A stretch of DNA of 64,000 nucleotides from Torpedo marmorata. Taxonomy: Eukaryota. The stretch lies in the NCBI GenBank assembly GCA_977017645.1, contig OZ360219.1, positions 111,476,001 to 111,540,000 on the forward strand, given 5' to 3'. Shown in pieces: positions 27,082 to 39,073 of this stretch. How positions within the stretch are numbered: the stretch's first letter is position 1; each line of letters opens with the position of its first letter. The notes under the pieces were generated by a model. That model saw only the letters and a list, made by a program, of their open reading frames with translations. It was not told the origin of the DNA and did no database searches. Made by a program: the position numbers and the translations under genes.

Positions 27082-27516
27082 GCGTAAATGGACAATTGAT
27101 ATTGGTGAGGAATCGATGGGCCAAAAGGCCTGTTTCCTTGTGTATCTCGCTGACATGATATCATGTCAAGTGACCAAGGTTTTAACAAACCTTGGAAGAG
27201 GAAAGTGAAGTAGAGAGGCATACAGGTTTAAGAAGGGGAATGCAGAGTTTAGAGCCTTTGTGGATCATTGAAAATCAAGGATGTCCTAGAGGGGTCAGAA
27301 TTATCCAAAACCTGGAGAATGGAGAGCCAGATAAGGTGAAGGAAGTAGTTCCACTTACAGCATCTAAGAAGCATCTGGAAGTATTTGGATGCCCTCTGCA
27401 CACTCTTGAATCCTGGTTCCGTGACCTAGTTCCCTTGCCAGAACGTGAATCGCCAAGGTATATCAGTCAATGAAGCACTGCTCAAAAATGGGCATAGTAT
27501 AGGAAGGTAATTGGGT

Positions 27517-28140
27517 TCAAATTCCTTTTATTGTCACATAATAATACATAAAAATGTAATATACATTATATACCTCAACTTTTGTCTTCCACAAGGCAAA
27601 CAAAGAGTTGCCATGAACATTGCCCGGCACCCCTAACAGTAAGAGAAAGAGAAGCGAGAGAGTCCCTTCAGAGTCAATGAGTGTACATGGATTCGCCACC
27701 AGCATCCCACAGCCTCTGCAGCCGCACAGATTCCTGTTTAATCCACTGGCAACCTGAGCTCCAGGTCCAAACGTGATATGATCAGGAAGCCTTCAGCTCC
27801 CGAGGTCCTTCAGGAGCCCTTCTTGCCCTCAGCACCCTCTCGAATCCTGGTTCCGCGACCTAGTTCCCTTGCCAGCTTCTGGCAGCCCCAAGTCCGTGTG
27901 GGTCCTTCGATTTCGTCCACAGCAGCACGCAGTTTGTGTGAGTCCTTTGACCGCAAATCACTGCAGCCCGCAGCCTGTGTGAGTCCTTTGACAGCAAGTC
28001 GCCAACAGTCCTCAGTCTATGGAGGTCCTTCAGCCGCCGAGCCCCTCGCTGGTCCACTGCCCTGGTCACCTTCCCTGTAGGGTAGTGTCCCATGCTTCTC
28101 CTTCCCAATGGAGGGTGTTCTGCGCCTGTCTGCTGCTCAC
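27517..28140 (-). mobile_element. Non-autonomous retroposon copy, 5'-truncated
   Basis: Colinear similarity with 47905-48420 (gagagtcccttcagag, gcagccgcacaga, gatcaggaag, caccttccctgtaggg). Confidence 0.75.
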
Positions 28141-28416
28141 ATCGATATGTTGTGAAAAAGGGCCTGCTTCTGTGCTATACGGCTCCAGGACTTGAGGAAC
28201 TTTGGATCTGGTAGATCTGGAGCAGAGGGAGCAAGGCCTCAGGGAGCTGCTGTGACAGGAGAGCGAGCAGGCACGAGAAGTGCAGCCGACAGCCGGCCTC
28301 GCTGACTCAGTGAATGGGTGAGTAAGAGTGCTCAGCGCTCCCAGTTCTGCTCAGCTTGACCCAGCGGCTCAGTGGGGAGATGAGCCATGTGGAGCTGACC
28401 TGCTCCCACCCAGCAG

Positions 28417-28869
28417 AAGATGTCTGCAGCCCCGCAGCATCTGGACAACCCATTCCCATCCATCCTGCCAGATTCCTAAATACTCGCTCCCGTTTACAGA
28501 GTGTCTAAGATGTCTGCAGCCCCGCAGCATCTGGACAACCCATTCCCATCCATCCTGCCAGATTCCTAAACACTCGCTCCCGTTTACAGAGTGTCTAAGA
28601 TGTCTGCAGTCCCGCAGCATCTGGACAACCCATTCCCATCCATCCTGCCAGATTCCTAAATACTCGCTCCCGTTTACAGAGTGTCTAAGATGTCTGCAGC
28701 CCCGCAGCATCTGGACAACCCATTCCCATCCATCCTGCCAGATTCCTAAATACTCGCTCCCGTTTACAGAGTGTCTAAGATGTCTGCAGCCCCGCAGCAT
28801 TTGGACAACCCATTCCCATCCATCCTGCCAGATTCCTAAATACTCGCTCCCGTTTACAGAGTGTCTAAG
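28417..28869. repeat. 90-bp tandem repeat, 5 near-identical copies
   Basis: Units start at 28417, 28507, 28597, 28687 and 28777; only three single-base variants seen. Confidence 0.97.
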
Positions 28870-29209
28870 TTTATTGGAGAAATTCAGCAAGTCACGCAAG
28901 AGATCATAGGTTGATACGGGTGGGAGGGCAGAAGAAAAAAGACCTGTGAAGTGATAGGGCGAGGGGAATAGCTCTCTGAATGGATAGGAAAGGGGGTGGA
29001 GAGCTGGAGGAAAAGAGATAGAGGGATGGGGAAGAGAGGGAGACTTAAGGGTGTCCTAACAGAAACCAGAGAAGTTTACAGATTTTCTTGTTTAACTAGT
29101 GTCCATAAGTTTGGTGCCTGTAAACCAGCCAGAACCTGTCGTTTTCTGGTATTTAACAATGTTAATGGCATGGCATTAGTTTGTCAAAAGATCTAATGTG
29201 GAATTCATT

Positions 29210-29921
29210 TCAGATTTCAGATTTATTGTCAGAGTACATACATAACATCACATACAATCCTGAGATTCTTTTTCTTGCGGGCGAGGCAGAATTACCACTT
29301 ATTGGCAGTGCAAAAAAAAATGGAATCAATGTACACATGTAAACAAATAAACAAATAAAGAAATGTAAACAAACTGACTGCAATACAGAGAGAGAGAGAG
29401 ATCAATAAACTGCAAAAGTAAGAGTCCTTAAATGAGTCCCTGATAGAGTTTGTTGTTGAGGAGTCTGATGGTGGAGGGGTAGCACCTGTTCCTGAACCTG
29501 GTGGTGCAAATCTTGTGGCACCTATACCTCTTTCCTGATGGTAGCAGTGAGAACAGAGGGTGCGCTGGGTGGTGTGGATCCTTGATGATTGCTGCTGCTC
29601 TTCAACGGCAGCGTTCCCTGTAGATGTTCTCGATTGTGGGGTGGGTTTTACCCATAATGTCCTGGGCTGTGTCCACTGCCTTTTGCAGGGCTTTACACTC
29701 AGGGGTATTGGTGTCCCCATACCAAACCGTGATGCAGCCAGTCAGCACACTTTCCACCACACATCTGTAGAAATTTGCCAGGGTTTCTGGTGTCATACCA
29801 AACCTCCACAAACTCATGAGGAAATAGAGGCACTGACGTACTTTCTTCATGATGCCATTAGTGTGGGTCCAGGAAAGATCATCCGAGATAGTGACTCTCA
29901 AGAACTTAAATTTGCTCACTC
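29210..29921 (-). mobile_element. Rex1/Babar-type LINE 3' part
   Basis: KFKFLRVTISDDLSW...FGMTPETLANFYRCVVESVLTGCITVWYG; 3' tail gacaataaa(tctgaaa)n. Confidence 0.85.
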
Positions 29922-30344
29922 TCCAGGCACCCTCTCTAATGGCAGTGCATTTGCTTTGGTAAGTAGAGATTAGTCTGTTAGGAGGTGCAATCTATGATAA
30001 AGGGTAGTGTCATTATCAATCGATACACGATGTAATTAGCAGCACTGAGATACCTTCATTGGATACCCTGGTAAAATAACAGTAAAGCACTGATTTTGTT
30101 TTGATGGAGTTTTTATTTCTGAAGACAATTCAGGGGCATGTTTGATGTGCTCACCGGTAAAGTGACTAAGGTTGCAGTGAAAAAGGAAACATACTTGGGT
30201 AACCTTTACAGATTGTCTATGGCTTGTATAATTGTCAGCCAAGTTGTAGGATCAGACCTCTCAGTCTCTCAGCCTTTCCATTCTTTGGAGGACATGATGT
30301 CATTTCTTTTCATTCAAACTTGATTTAAAGATCTTTAAAGAGTC

Positions 30345-30690
30345 ATAGAGTCTACAGTACTTAAACAGATGCTTCAACCCACCGAGTCTGCTCTTACCAT
30401 GTACCATCTCTTACTCTAATCCCACATTCACCCCATCTTTTATTTTCCCTGCATTCTAATCAGCTCAACCCCCCACCCCCACCCCCCAAATATGACCTAC
30501 ACACCATTGGTTCACTAACCAACCAATCCTCAGGCCCTTGGGACATGGGAGGAAAGTGGAGCACCCAGAGGAAACCTACACAGTAACAGGTAGAACATGC
30601 AAATTCTACAGACATGGTGCTGGAGATCAGAAATGAGGCCAGATTTCTGGAACTGGGAGGTAACCACTCTGCTGGTGAAGTCACTCTGCC
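30345..30690 (-). mobile_element. tRNA-derived SINE, old copy
   Basis: gggaggaaagtggagcacccagaggaaacc...caaattctacagac, a degenerate version of 55782-56027. Confidence 0.65.
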
Positions 30691-31020
30691 ATTAATAATA
30701 GAAAACTTTAATTGATATGGTACTATTACTAACCTTTAGCAATTGCTGTGATGTAAAATATAGTAACTAAATGAACAAGCAGAAATCTATCTGTACTGAC
30801 TTATATACTTTGCCATACCCTATTGTATTCAAACATCTAGACAAGATGTGATTATACCGTGCACAATCAATGCCATTTTATTACCTTAGAATAAAAACGA
30901 GGAGTGGTCGATTTCTGGAGCACACCAGCACTTGCCAAAACCTGACTTCCAAATGACTTCAACTTACCTACGTTCAGCCAGTGAAGTGAGAGCCCTCAGT
31001 GATAGAAGTATATCTACCAA

Positions 31021-31308
31021 ATTCAAGATTCCTTTATTGTCATGTAATGGTACAGAATATGTAATATTATACGAAATTTCCTTCTGCCTGCCATAAGGCA
31101 AACAAAGTGTTGCAATTAGTGTCAACCGGTGCCACTTACAATAAGAACAAAAGAAAAGCAAAAGAGAATCCTTTCAGAGTCATTGAGTGTCTGTGGATTC
31201 GCCTCCAGTGCTCCCGCAGCCTCTGCAGCCGCACAGACGCCTATTCGATTCATCGGCAACCCGAACCCCTGATCCAAACCTCCAGCATGATCAGGAAGCC
31301 TTCAGCAT
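31021..31308 (-). mobile_element. Non-autonomous retroposon copy, 5'-truncated
   Basis: Same tail (attcctttattgtcatg) and body as 27517 and 47895. Confidence 0.7.
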
Positions 31309-31396
31309 AGTGGGTCATGGGCTAACATGGAGCCTGAGAAAGTTTCCATTCCCCTTCTTCATTAACATAATCGTGTACAGCTGTTTCTCTGTTCAG

Positions 31397-31418
31397 AGGC
31401 TGAGGAGCTGAACTGCAA
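31397..31418 (+). other. Candidate 22-nt pseudo/microexon copied from the NRG1 TM exon
   Basis: 31381-31410 matches 23693-23722 at 29 of 30 nt, then AACTGCAA|gtgagt. Usage is unknown. Confidence 0.4.
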
Positions 31419-32970
31419 GTGAGTCTCCAAAGAGAAGCAATATCTTAAACCTTTTCTGATCCAGCATCCCTCATCAGAATCAGAGCCCCATGATACAGGC
31501 CAGGTCCCGGTATAAAATGGATGATATAATGCCATATGTTCTCATGGATTCCAATGTGGTTCTAATTGCTCCAATGGGTATGAAGTTGGTGTACAGCAAT
31601 GCGTAATGTGAGCCAATATTCGAGCAGGGATTTCTGCACGAATTGGCCAGAAAAGTTGACAGTAGTGGTAATGATATCATAGCCAACATTCATTAATGAT
31701 AGAATTACAAAAGTTTTTGCCCAAAGGGGAGGCCATTTAACTCATGCTGTCCAGTCTACCTGAAACTAATCCCTCTTTATAGTGCTTGTTCTGTTGGCTT
31801 TATTGTATCAAGTGTTTATCCAAGTAATTCTTAAATGTGATAAAGGTTTCTACAATTACCAGTCTTTAAAACAATGACTTCCAGACCATCACCATTCCTT
31901 GGCTGAAGAAAATATTGCCTTAACCTTCCTCTAATCCTTTGTACAAAACCGTATCACCAAGATATTGAATGATTTGCTCAGACATATAGGTCCTTCCTAG
32001 TCCAGGATCGCACAATTTGATTAAAGCGCCTCTCAGCCTCCTTGTTGGAACCCTCTTCTAGCCAGCCTTTCATCAAAAATAATCCTTTCCATCCTTGGTA
32101 GATTTCCTCTGAACCCTCTCTCATACTCTCCAATCCTTCCTGTTGTGCAACCAGAGCTGTAGGCTGCTGAAATGCATTCCAAATGGTTCATTGGACGCAA
32201 ATTGCTTGATTCATGATGATAAATTCAGGATCCATGACATTGCCAAATGCATCTCAGGATGTTACTCAGCATGAAAAAAAGCACTTTTGCTTTATATTAT
32301 TTTGTAACATTACTGGAGGTTGGCAAATTGACACTGACAGTCAGATCTGCTTTACATTCGAACTGTCTTCAAAGAGATTTGCAATTAGTAATTCTGATAT
32401 TTATTGAACAGCTGCCAGGTGTTTTAAGAAGGAAAACCTCTATATGATGTGATTGTTGGGGAGGGGGGTGGCAAATTTAACACCTGCATTATGACACCCA
32501 AGTTATAAGTGAAACTAGTATCTAACTAATTTCTGTTTGGTACACAATAATACTCACAGTATATCTGAGACACAATATAATGAGGCACTTTATACTGAGA
32601 TTGCATTGTATTTCAAGTTGTAGCTTCTATGTGTTTGGTTTTCTTTTATACCTGGAACATTTCAATACCCAATGCACACGAAAGGTTAATCAGCTCACCA
32701 AGATCCTGAGTGCATCATGATAAAGAAGGGGAGAATTTTGTAAAATGAACACAAGCTCTAAATTTGACTCCTGTCAGTGAACTGTTGATGGGACTCTGTA
32801 TTGTTACCATTTCAATCAAGTATAGTGATCAGGAAGAGGGAGGGGGTAGATCTTGGATAATTTCCAGGGTGGTCAATAAGTGTGGCCTGTGGGGAGAGTG
32901 GACATTAGGATGGGCATCTTGTTATGATCCTGAGCATCCAGTGTTCTAAACTTGTGCTCTCTATTTACAG

Positions 32971-33101
32971 CAATATATTTTGAAAAACCCTGGATCTACT
33001 GAGCACGTCATTGAGCGGGAAACGGAGACCTCATTCTCAACAAGTCACTACACATCGACAGCCCATCACTCTGCTACGGTCACTCATACTCCCAGTCACA
33101 G
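32971..33101 (+). CDS. NRG1: NRG1 cytoplasmic exon 2 (131 nt)
   Basis: tttacag|CAA...AG|gtaaaa. Encodes QYILKNPGSTEHVIERETETSFSTSHYTSTAHHSATVTHTPSH(S). Confidence 0.97.
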
Positions 33102-33569
33102 GTAAAAAACTTGGATTAAACAGTGTCCTTAAATCTATCAGCAAGGAACCACATGACGTTCAAAGGGAACACAAAATGAATTGGATAGGGCACTGAAAAT
33201 CCTCATCGATCCCCTGTTGATAACACTTGGGAGTCAATGCACTTGGCCAGCATTCCAAATCCTCAAGAAAATGCAGGCATGAAAACTTCAAAGTTTAGAA
33301 GATCCACCAACCACCCCTTCACTTCTCTCCCAACCTTAATGCCAAAATCCTCTTTTCAGGGGAAAGTGGAAACAAGGCCGTCCAGCTGTATGAACACAAG
33401 GCTGGTACCTGATACACAGAATACAGGTCCCATCCTGCCAATAGTATGGTTCTTGTTCGATTTCCAGAGAGCAGTAAAGTTTGTAAAATTCACACAAAAC
33501 CTGGTTAGAGAACTCAGTATTTTAAACAGATGCCCAGCGTGTAAAAGATAATTCATAACTGTGATAACA

Positions 33570-34455
33570 GTAGCAGCGAGAGCTTTGAAATATCAGGAAA
33601 GAATGAACAGATTGAGGGACCTTAGTTTAAAAGAAAAGGAATTGGTGAACTAATGTCTGTTTTTAAAATTATCAATTGATTTGAATAGTTAGTAAGAGAT
33701 CAAAACCAGAGGTTAAAAATGAATAATTGCCATGAAAAAAATCAATAGAGAATTCAGGAGAAATGTCTTTATTGCTGGATAATGGTGAGTCTATGGAATC
33801 TGATACTAGTTAGATTAGCTGAAGCAAATACCATGGATCTATTTTTAAGGGAAACTTGTTTTCTGGTAAGGAAGAAAAGGATAGAACATCAAATCCAAAT
33901 CGTGCAGATGCTAGTGTTCTGAAATAAAAATCAAAGATCCTGGAAATGCTCAGCAGTATCCAAGATGAGAGTTTAAGATTGATAACCTATTAACTGGGAC
34001 TGGTAGGCTTGAATTATAACCAGAGGCTGGATAGGCTAGGACTTTTGACCCTCGTGTATAGGAGGCTAAGGAGGAACCTTATAAAGGTTTATAAAATCAT
34101 GAGGGGCATAGATAAGGTAAATTTCATGGCCTTTTTCCCAGGATAGTGGAATCTAAAACTGGAAAGCATAGATATAAGGTGAGAGGGGATCACAGAGAGG
34201 GGGTGGGTGTATGGAACGGGCTCCCGAGGCATAATTGTAATTTTCAAAAGACATTCAGATGGGTATATGGATTGGAAAGGTTCAGAAGGGCTGAATGCAG
34301 GCAAATGGGACTAGCTTAGAAGATGGACAAGTTGGACCAAAAGACCTGTTTCTTGCTGTGGAACTCTATGACCTTCTGAGTAAGGCCACTGAGCTGAAAC
34401 ATTAACTCTGCTTCTCTCCCTAGAGTATTTCCAGCAGTTTCCATTTTTATTCAAG
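33570..34455 (+). mobile_element. Cluster of decayed CR1 3' fragments and a split fold-back Penelope-type element
   Basis: CR1 C-terminal similarity at 33570-33890 and 34005-34372; fold-back arms near 33905-33990 and 34375-34455. Confidence 0.55.
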
Positions 34456-34621
34456 AATTGAAGTATATGCTGATATGATTAAGGTACCATAGAGAGGGTG
34501 AAAGTTAGGGTACAAACTAACAAACTTCAACATCTGGGCTGAACAAATAATTTCTCTGCTTTAATTCTATCATTCTGTGTAATGCCTACAAGAACAGAAT
34601 TGAAATTCCAAGGTCAAAGTA

Positions 34622-35613
34622 CCGTATTTGACGGCATATAAGACCCCCCTTTTTTTCCAACTAAAAACCACCCTGGGTCTTATACGCAAAGGTGACATTT
34701 TGGTGCCGCCATTTTTGGGCACTGAGTGGAGTCCAGGAAGCGGGCCCGCAGCTTCGCGGACCACCTTCCCTTGGGTGGCCCGTGCTTTCCAGAGTCGCCG
34801 CCGCTGCCACTCACTTCCCCCGGTAAGAAGGCTCGCTCTCTCCCTCCTTCCCGCCCGTTCTCTCCCTCCCGTTTGCTCTCCCCGCCCACTCGCTCACTCT
34901 CGCCCGCTTTCTCTCCGCCCGTTCGCTCTCCCCGCCCGCCCGATCTCTCCCCGCCCTAACCCGCTCACTCGCTCGCTCTCCCCACCCGCCCGCTCGCCCT
35001 CGCCCGCTCGCCGGCTCGCTCTCCCCGCCCGCCCGCTCGCTCTCTCGCCATCGCTCGCTCGTTCGCTCTCACCAATAATACTTTGAGGGGAGCACTGGGC
35101 CTCGATGATCAGGCTTTGTTTGACGAGCACGGACCCTCAAGCAAATTGAATGAGGCGCGGGGGCGGGTGGCAGTGAGCGAGCGGACTGTCAAGCTCAGCT
35201 CAATAGGCCACTCGCTCACTGTCACCCGCCCCCACGCCTCAGTCAATCTGTTCGGGGGGCTGTGCACATCGAACAAAGGCTCAGCGTGGAGCCTGATCAC
35301 CGAGGCCCAGCGCTCCCCTCAAAGTAAAGCAAGCGATCGATTGTCTGTTCCCCACGACGGTGGGCCTGGGCCCTGCCCGTTGTCCTGGCTTCTCTCCCTC
35401 CCACCCTCGTGCGCTCGCAGGTCTCGGCACACCTGTCAATCAATTAGCGTTTGGACGGTGGGGGGGAAGCAGCTTGAGCCTCGGCGTGCGACGGGCAGGA
35501 GGACGTGTTGCTGCTGTGAAGGTAAATACACTAAAAAACATTTCCTGAAATCTCACGCTAAAAATGGGGGGGGGTCCTATATGCCAGTGGGTCCTATATG
35601 CCGTCAAATACGG
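34622..35613. mobile_element. Tc1/mariner-superfamily (Tc2/pogo-like) non-autonomous element
   Basis: TIR ccgtatttgacggcatata(a/g)gaccc at both ends; TA TSD (34620-34621, 35614-35615). GC/CpG-rich interior with no transposase. Confidence 0.9.
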
Positions 35614-35703
35614 TAATTAAATCTCGAAAGGGAGTTACAATGAAGTGAATTAAACAAGAAAAGGGCTCAGGTTCGAAATGTTGGTTACCTTTTACTTCCT
35701 ATG

Positions 35704-36437
35704 AATCATAATCAGAATTTATTGTCATGAACAAGTCACGAAATTTGTTGTTTTGTGGCAGCATCACAGTGCAAATATTCATATAAACCACCTTACAACA
35801 ATAAATAAAAATAGTGCATGAAAAGTCAAATTGAGACAGTGTCTTTGGTTCGTTGATCATTCAGGAATCTGATGGCAGCGGGGAAGAATCTCATCTTTAG
35901 GTTCCTGTACTTTTTTCCCGATGGTAGCAGAGTGAAGAGGGTGGTGGGAGTCCTTGAGGATAGAGGCTGCTTTCTTAAGACACCGCCTTTTGTAGATGTT
36001 CTTGATGGAGTGAAGTCTGGTGCCCGTGATGTTGCAGGCCGAGTTAACAACGCTCTGGAGTTTTTTCTTGTCCTGAGCGTTGCCACCTCCATACTAGACA
36101 GTGATGGAACCAGCCACAATGCTCTCCACAGTACACTTGTAGAAGTTTTCGAGAGTCTTCGGTGACATACCGAATCTCCTCAAACACCTCACAAAGTATA
36201 GCCGCTGGCGAGCCTTCTTCGTGATTGCATCAACATAGAGGCAACAGGACAGATCTTCAGAGATTTTGACACCCAGGAATTTGAAGTTCTTGACCCTCTC
36301 CACTACTGAACCCTCGATGAGGACCGGATCGTGTTTTCCTGACTTCTTCCTGAAGTCCACAATCATCTCCTTGGTTTTGCTAATGTTGAGCGCAAGGTTA
36401 TTGGCATGACACCACTCAACGAGCTGATCTATCTCCC
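35704..36437 (-). mobile_element. Rex1/Babar-type LINE 3' part nested in a Penelope-type short element
   Basis: MIVDFRKK...VERVKNFKFLGVKISEDLS...KKARQRLYFVRCLRRFGMS. The host element 35649-36486 is flanked by ttacaatgaagtga repeats. Confidence 0.85.
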
Positions 36438-37189
36438 TCCTATGGGTGGTGCATGACCTGCTGAGTTTCTACAGCATGATTGTGTATTACAATGAAGTGA
36501 TCTTTTATTATATCGGGTGCTGATTACATGTTAAAACAAGTGATTACTCATGCTGCATCTCATTTCTTTCAGTTTTAGAAGATGTGGGCAAAAGTTGACC
36601 CCTTTTTCTCTCCCCTTCCCATCAACTTTTAAATGGAACCTCAAATCCAAATTGCTTTAACATTACCAGATGTGAACATTGGGCAGGAGTCAATAGTTTC
36701 CTCCAATTTCATTACCATTTTTATAGCAGATGTGTCAACAGTGTTTCCACATGTATCCCTTCCGAAGATGGAAGTATGCATCAGCACTCTCAGATCGGGT
36801 CAAAGTGTGTCCTTGGCCATTTCAGACAATAAGCCATAACAATGCTCCCCAGCCACCACCAACAATAAATCCTGACCTGTCAGGCTGAATTATTTATCAC
36901 TGGGACACTGAAGTTTGTAACTGTAGAGCAAACAAACTGCCTGCAACCAGAGATCAATCATAAGATATAATCATAGTATTTCTGGGATGGATTGGGATGC
37001 GAGGATGGGCAAGAGGAGGAGAGTCTGGAGGATTTAATCTCAAACTATTGAAATAATTTCAGACTTAGATGAGCAGAAATCTGTTTACACTCCCATTCAT
37101 CCAGTGCCAGTGCTGACCCGATGTTGTTGGTTATGGCCCTGTCAATGACTTGCCTGCTTCTATCTCAGACATCGTGAATTTTAGTCCAT

Positions 37190-37338
37190 ACCCTCAGACA
37201 TAAGCACAAAAATGTGGCAGTTCAGGAAGAATGCACTTCCGTCAGAGGTTCCATCGTTTAGATCAGTTGTTGAACCACAAACTCTGCTCTCTGGTGGCCA
37301 TTAAAAAAAATTGAATGGCACTACTTGAAGAAAAGCAG
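37190..37338 (+). mobile_element. Deu-domain SINE remnant (AmnSINE1/SacSINE1-like) interrupted by CR1
   Basis: gcacttccgtcagaggttccatcgtttagatcagttgttgaacc...ggtggcc...atggcactacttgaagaaaagcag resembles the recalled Deu core consensus. Confidence 0.5.
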
Positions 37339-38426
37339 AGGTTGGATAGGAGATGCCAGAGAGTAGTGGTGGAAAATTGTTTGTCAAATTGGAGGCCAGT
37401 GACTAGTGGAGTGCCTCAGGGATCGGTACTGGGTCCATTGTTGTTTGTCATATATATTAATGATCTAGATGATAGGGTGGTAAATTGGATTAGTAAGTAT
37501 GCAGATGATACGAAGATTGGTGGTGTTGTGGACAGTGAAGAAGGATATCAAAGCTTGCAGGGGGATATTGGACAGTTAGAAGAGTGGGCGGAAACATGGC
37601 AGATGGAATTTAATACTGATAAATGTGAGGTGCTACATTTTGGTAGGATTAATCAGCAAAGGTCATACATGTTAAATGGAAGACAATTGAGAAGTGCAGT
37701 AGAACAGAGGGATTTAGGAATTCTAGTACATAATTCCCTGAAAGTTGAGTCACACGTAGATAGGGTGGTGAAGAAGGCATTTGGTATGTTGGCCTTCATA
37801 AATCAGAGTATTGAATATAGGAGTTGGGATGTCATGTTGAAGTTGTATAAGGCATTGGTGAGGCCAAATTTGGAATATTGTGCACAGTTTTGGTCGCCAA
37901 ATTACAGGAAGGATATAAACAGAATAGAGAGAGTGCAGAGGAGATTTACAAGAATGTTGCCTGGGTTTCTGGGTTTGAGTTATAGGGAAAGGTTGAACAG
38001 GCTGGGACTTTATTCCCTGGAGCGTAGAAGGTTGAGGGGTGATTTGATAGAGGTATTTAAAATTATGAAAGGGAAAGATAGAGTCAATGTGGACAGGCTT
38101 TTTCCATTGAGAGAGGGGAAGATTCAAACAAGAGGGCATGGATTGAGATTGAAGGGGGAAAAGTTTAGAGGAAACATGAGGGGGAATTTCTTCACTCAGA
38201 GGGTGGTAGGAGGGTGGAACGAGCTTCCGGCCGAAGTGATAGATGCAGGTTCAATTTTAATGTTTAAGGAAAAGATGGATAGGTATATGGACGAGAGAGG
38301 TGTGGAGGGTTATGGGCCGGGTGCGGGTCAGTGGGACTAGGTGGGAGAATGTGTTCGGCATGGACTAGAAGGGCCGAACTGGCCTGTTTCTGTGCTGTAA
38401 ATGTTATATGGTTATATGGTTATATT
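37339..38426 (+). mobile_element. Young 5'-truncated CR1-clade LINE (RT C-terminal half + 3'UTR)
   Basis: Uninterrupted ORF with VTSGVPQGSVLGP, YADD, RPNLEY and WN.LP motifs; (gttatatg)n octamer tail. Confidence 0.95.
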
Positions 38427-38869
38427 AGAACACGCCAACTGCTCATCACCACAGTGTTAGTCATGGGATCTCATTGCTTATGTTACAATGCTCACTATGT
38501 TTTGCCACTATAACCAGCCTATAACCAGCGGGATTAGTACACGATGTACTAACATAATGTTTGGTACAACATAAATCCAGGTTTTTCAATAACTTTCCAT
38601 TTTTTAGCACTGATTATGATCATCTTAATTTGAGGGGGTGGCAACATGACAGAACTTCCTGTCTTCCCACTTCCTGTAAGAAATAATGACCTCCTGATCT
38701 CCCTTGATATTTTGAAAAAAGAAAGTGAGTGTGGGCAATTATTTCTGAAAATCCAAGCCATTTCAAATTTCTTGCTTGGCTGGAAGTTGCCGATGCTCTT
38801 GCTCCGTGAACTTTGCAAAGGTATACAGGGTGAGAGATTTGAAGTTGTTTCTCTTTGTGTTTCTGGCAG

Positions 38870-39073
38870 TTGGAGTACAGGCCAGACAGAAAGTGTCATC
38901 TCGGACAGTCACTCGGTGCTTGTGATGTCATCGATAGACACCAGCAGGCAGACCAGCCCAGCCAATCACAGAGGTCGCCTCAATGGAGTGGCTGGTCGTC
39001 GGGAGATGTTTATCTGTGTGAGGAATTCGAGGGATACTCCGGACTCTCTCCGAGACTCACCGCACAGTGAAAG
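38870..39073 (+). CDS. NRG1: NRG1 cytoplasmic exon 3 (204 nt)
   Basis: ctggcag|T...AG|gtagac. Encodes WSTGQTESVISDSHSVLVMSS...RGRLNG...RDTPDSLRDSPHSE(R). Read-through meets TAG at 39075-39077 (c-type tail). Confidence 0.97.

Noticed and set aside
28328-28909. CRISPR-like array or 30-aa repeat protein
   Set aside because: Head-to-tail units with no unique spacers, no cas genes, vertebrate intron.
34622-35613. CpG-island promoter or Pro/Arg-rich gene
   Set aside because: Bounded exactly by TIRs and a TA TSD; the ORFs come from low-complexity GC-rich DNA.
37315-38340. Host gene encoding a 341-aa reverse transcriptase
   Set aside because: It is a 5'-truncated CR1; the ATG comes from flanking sequence and the RT N-terminus and endonuclease are absent.
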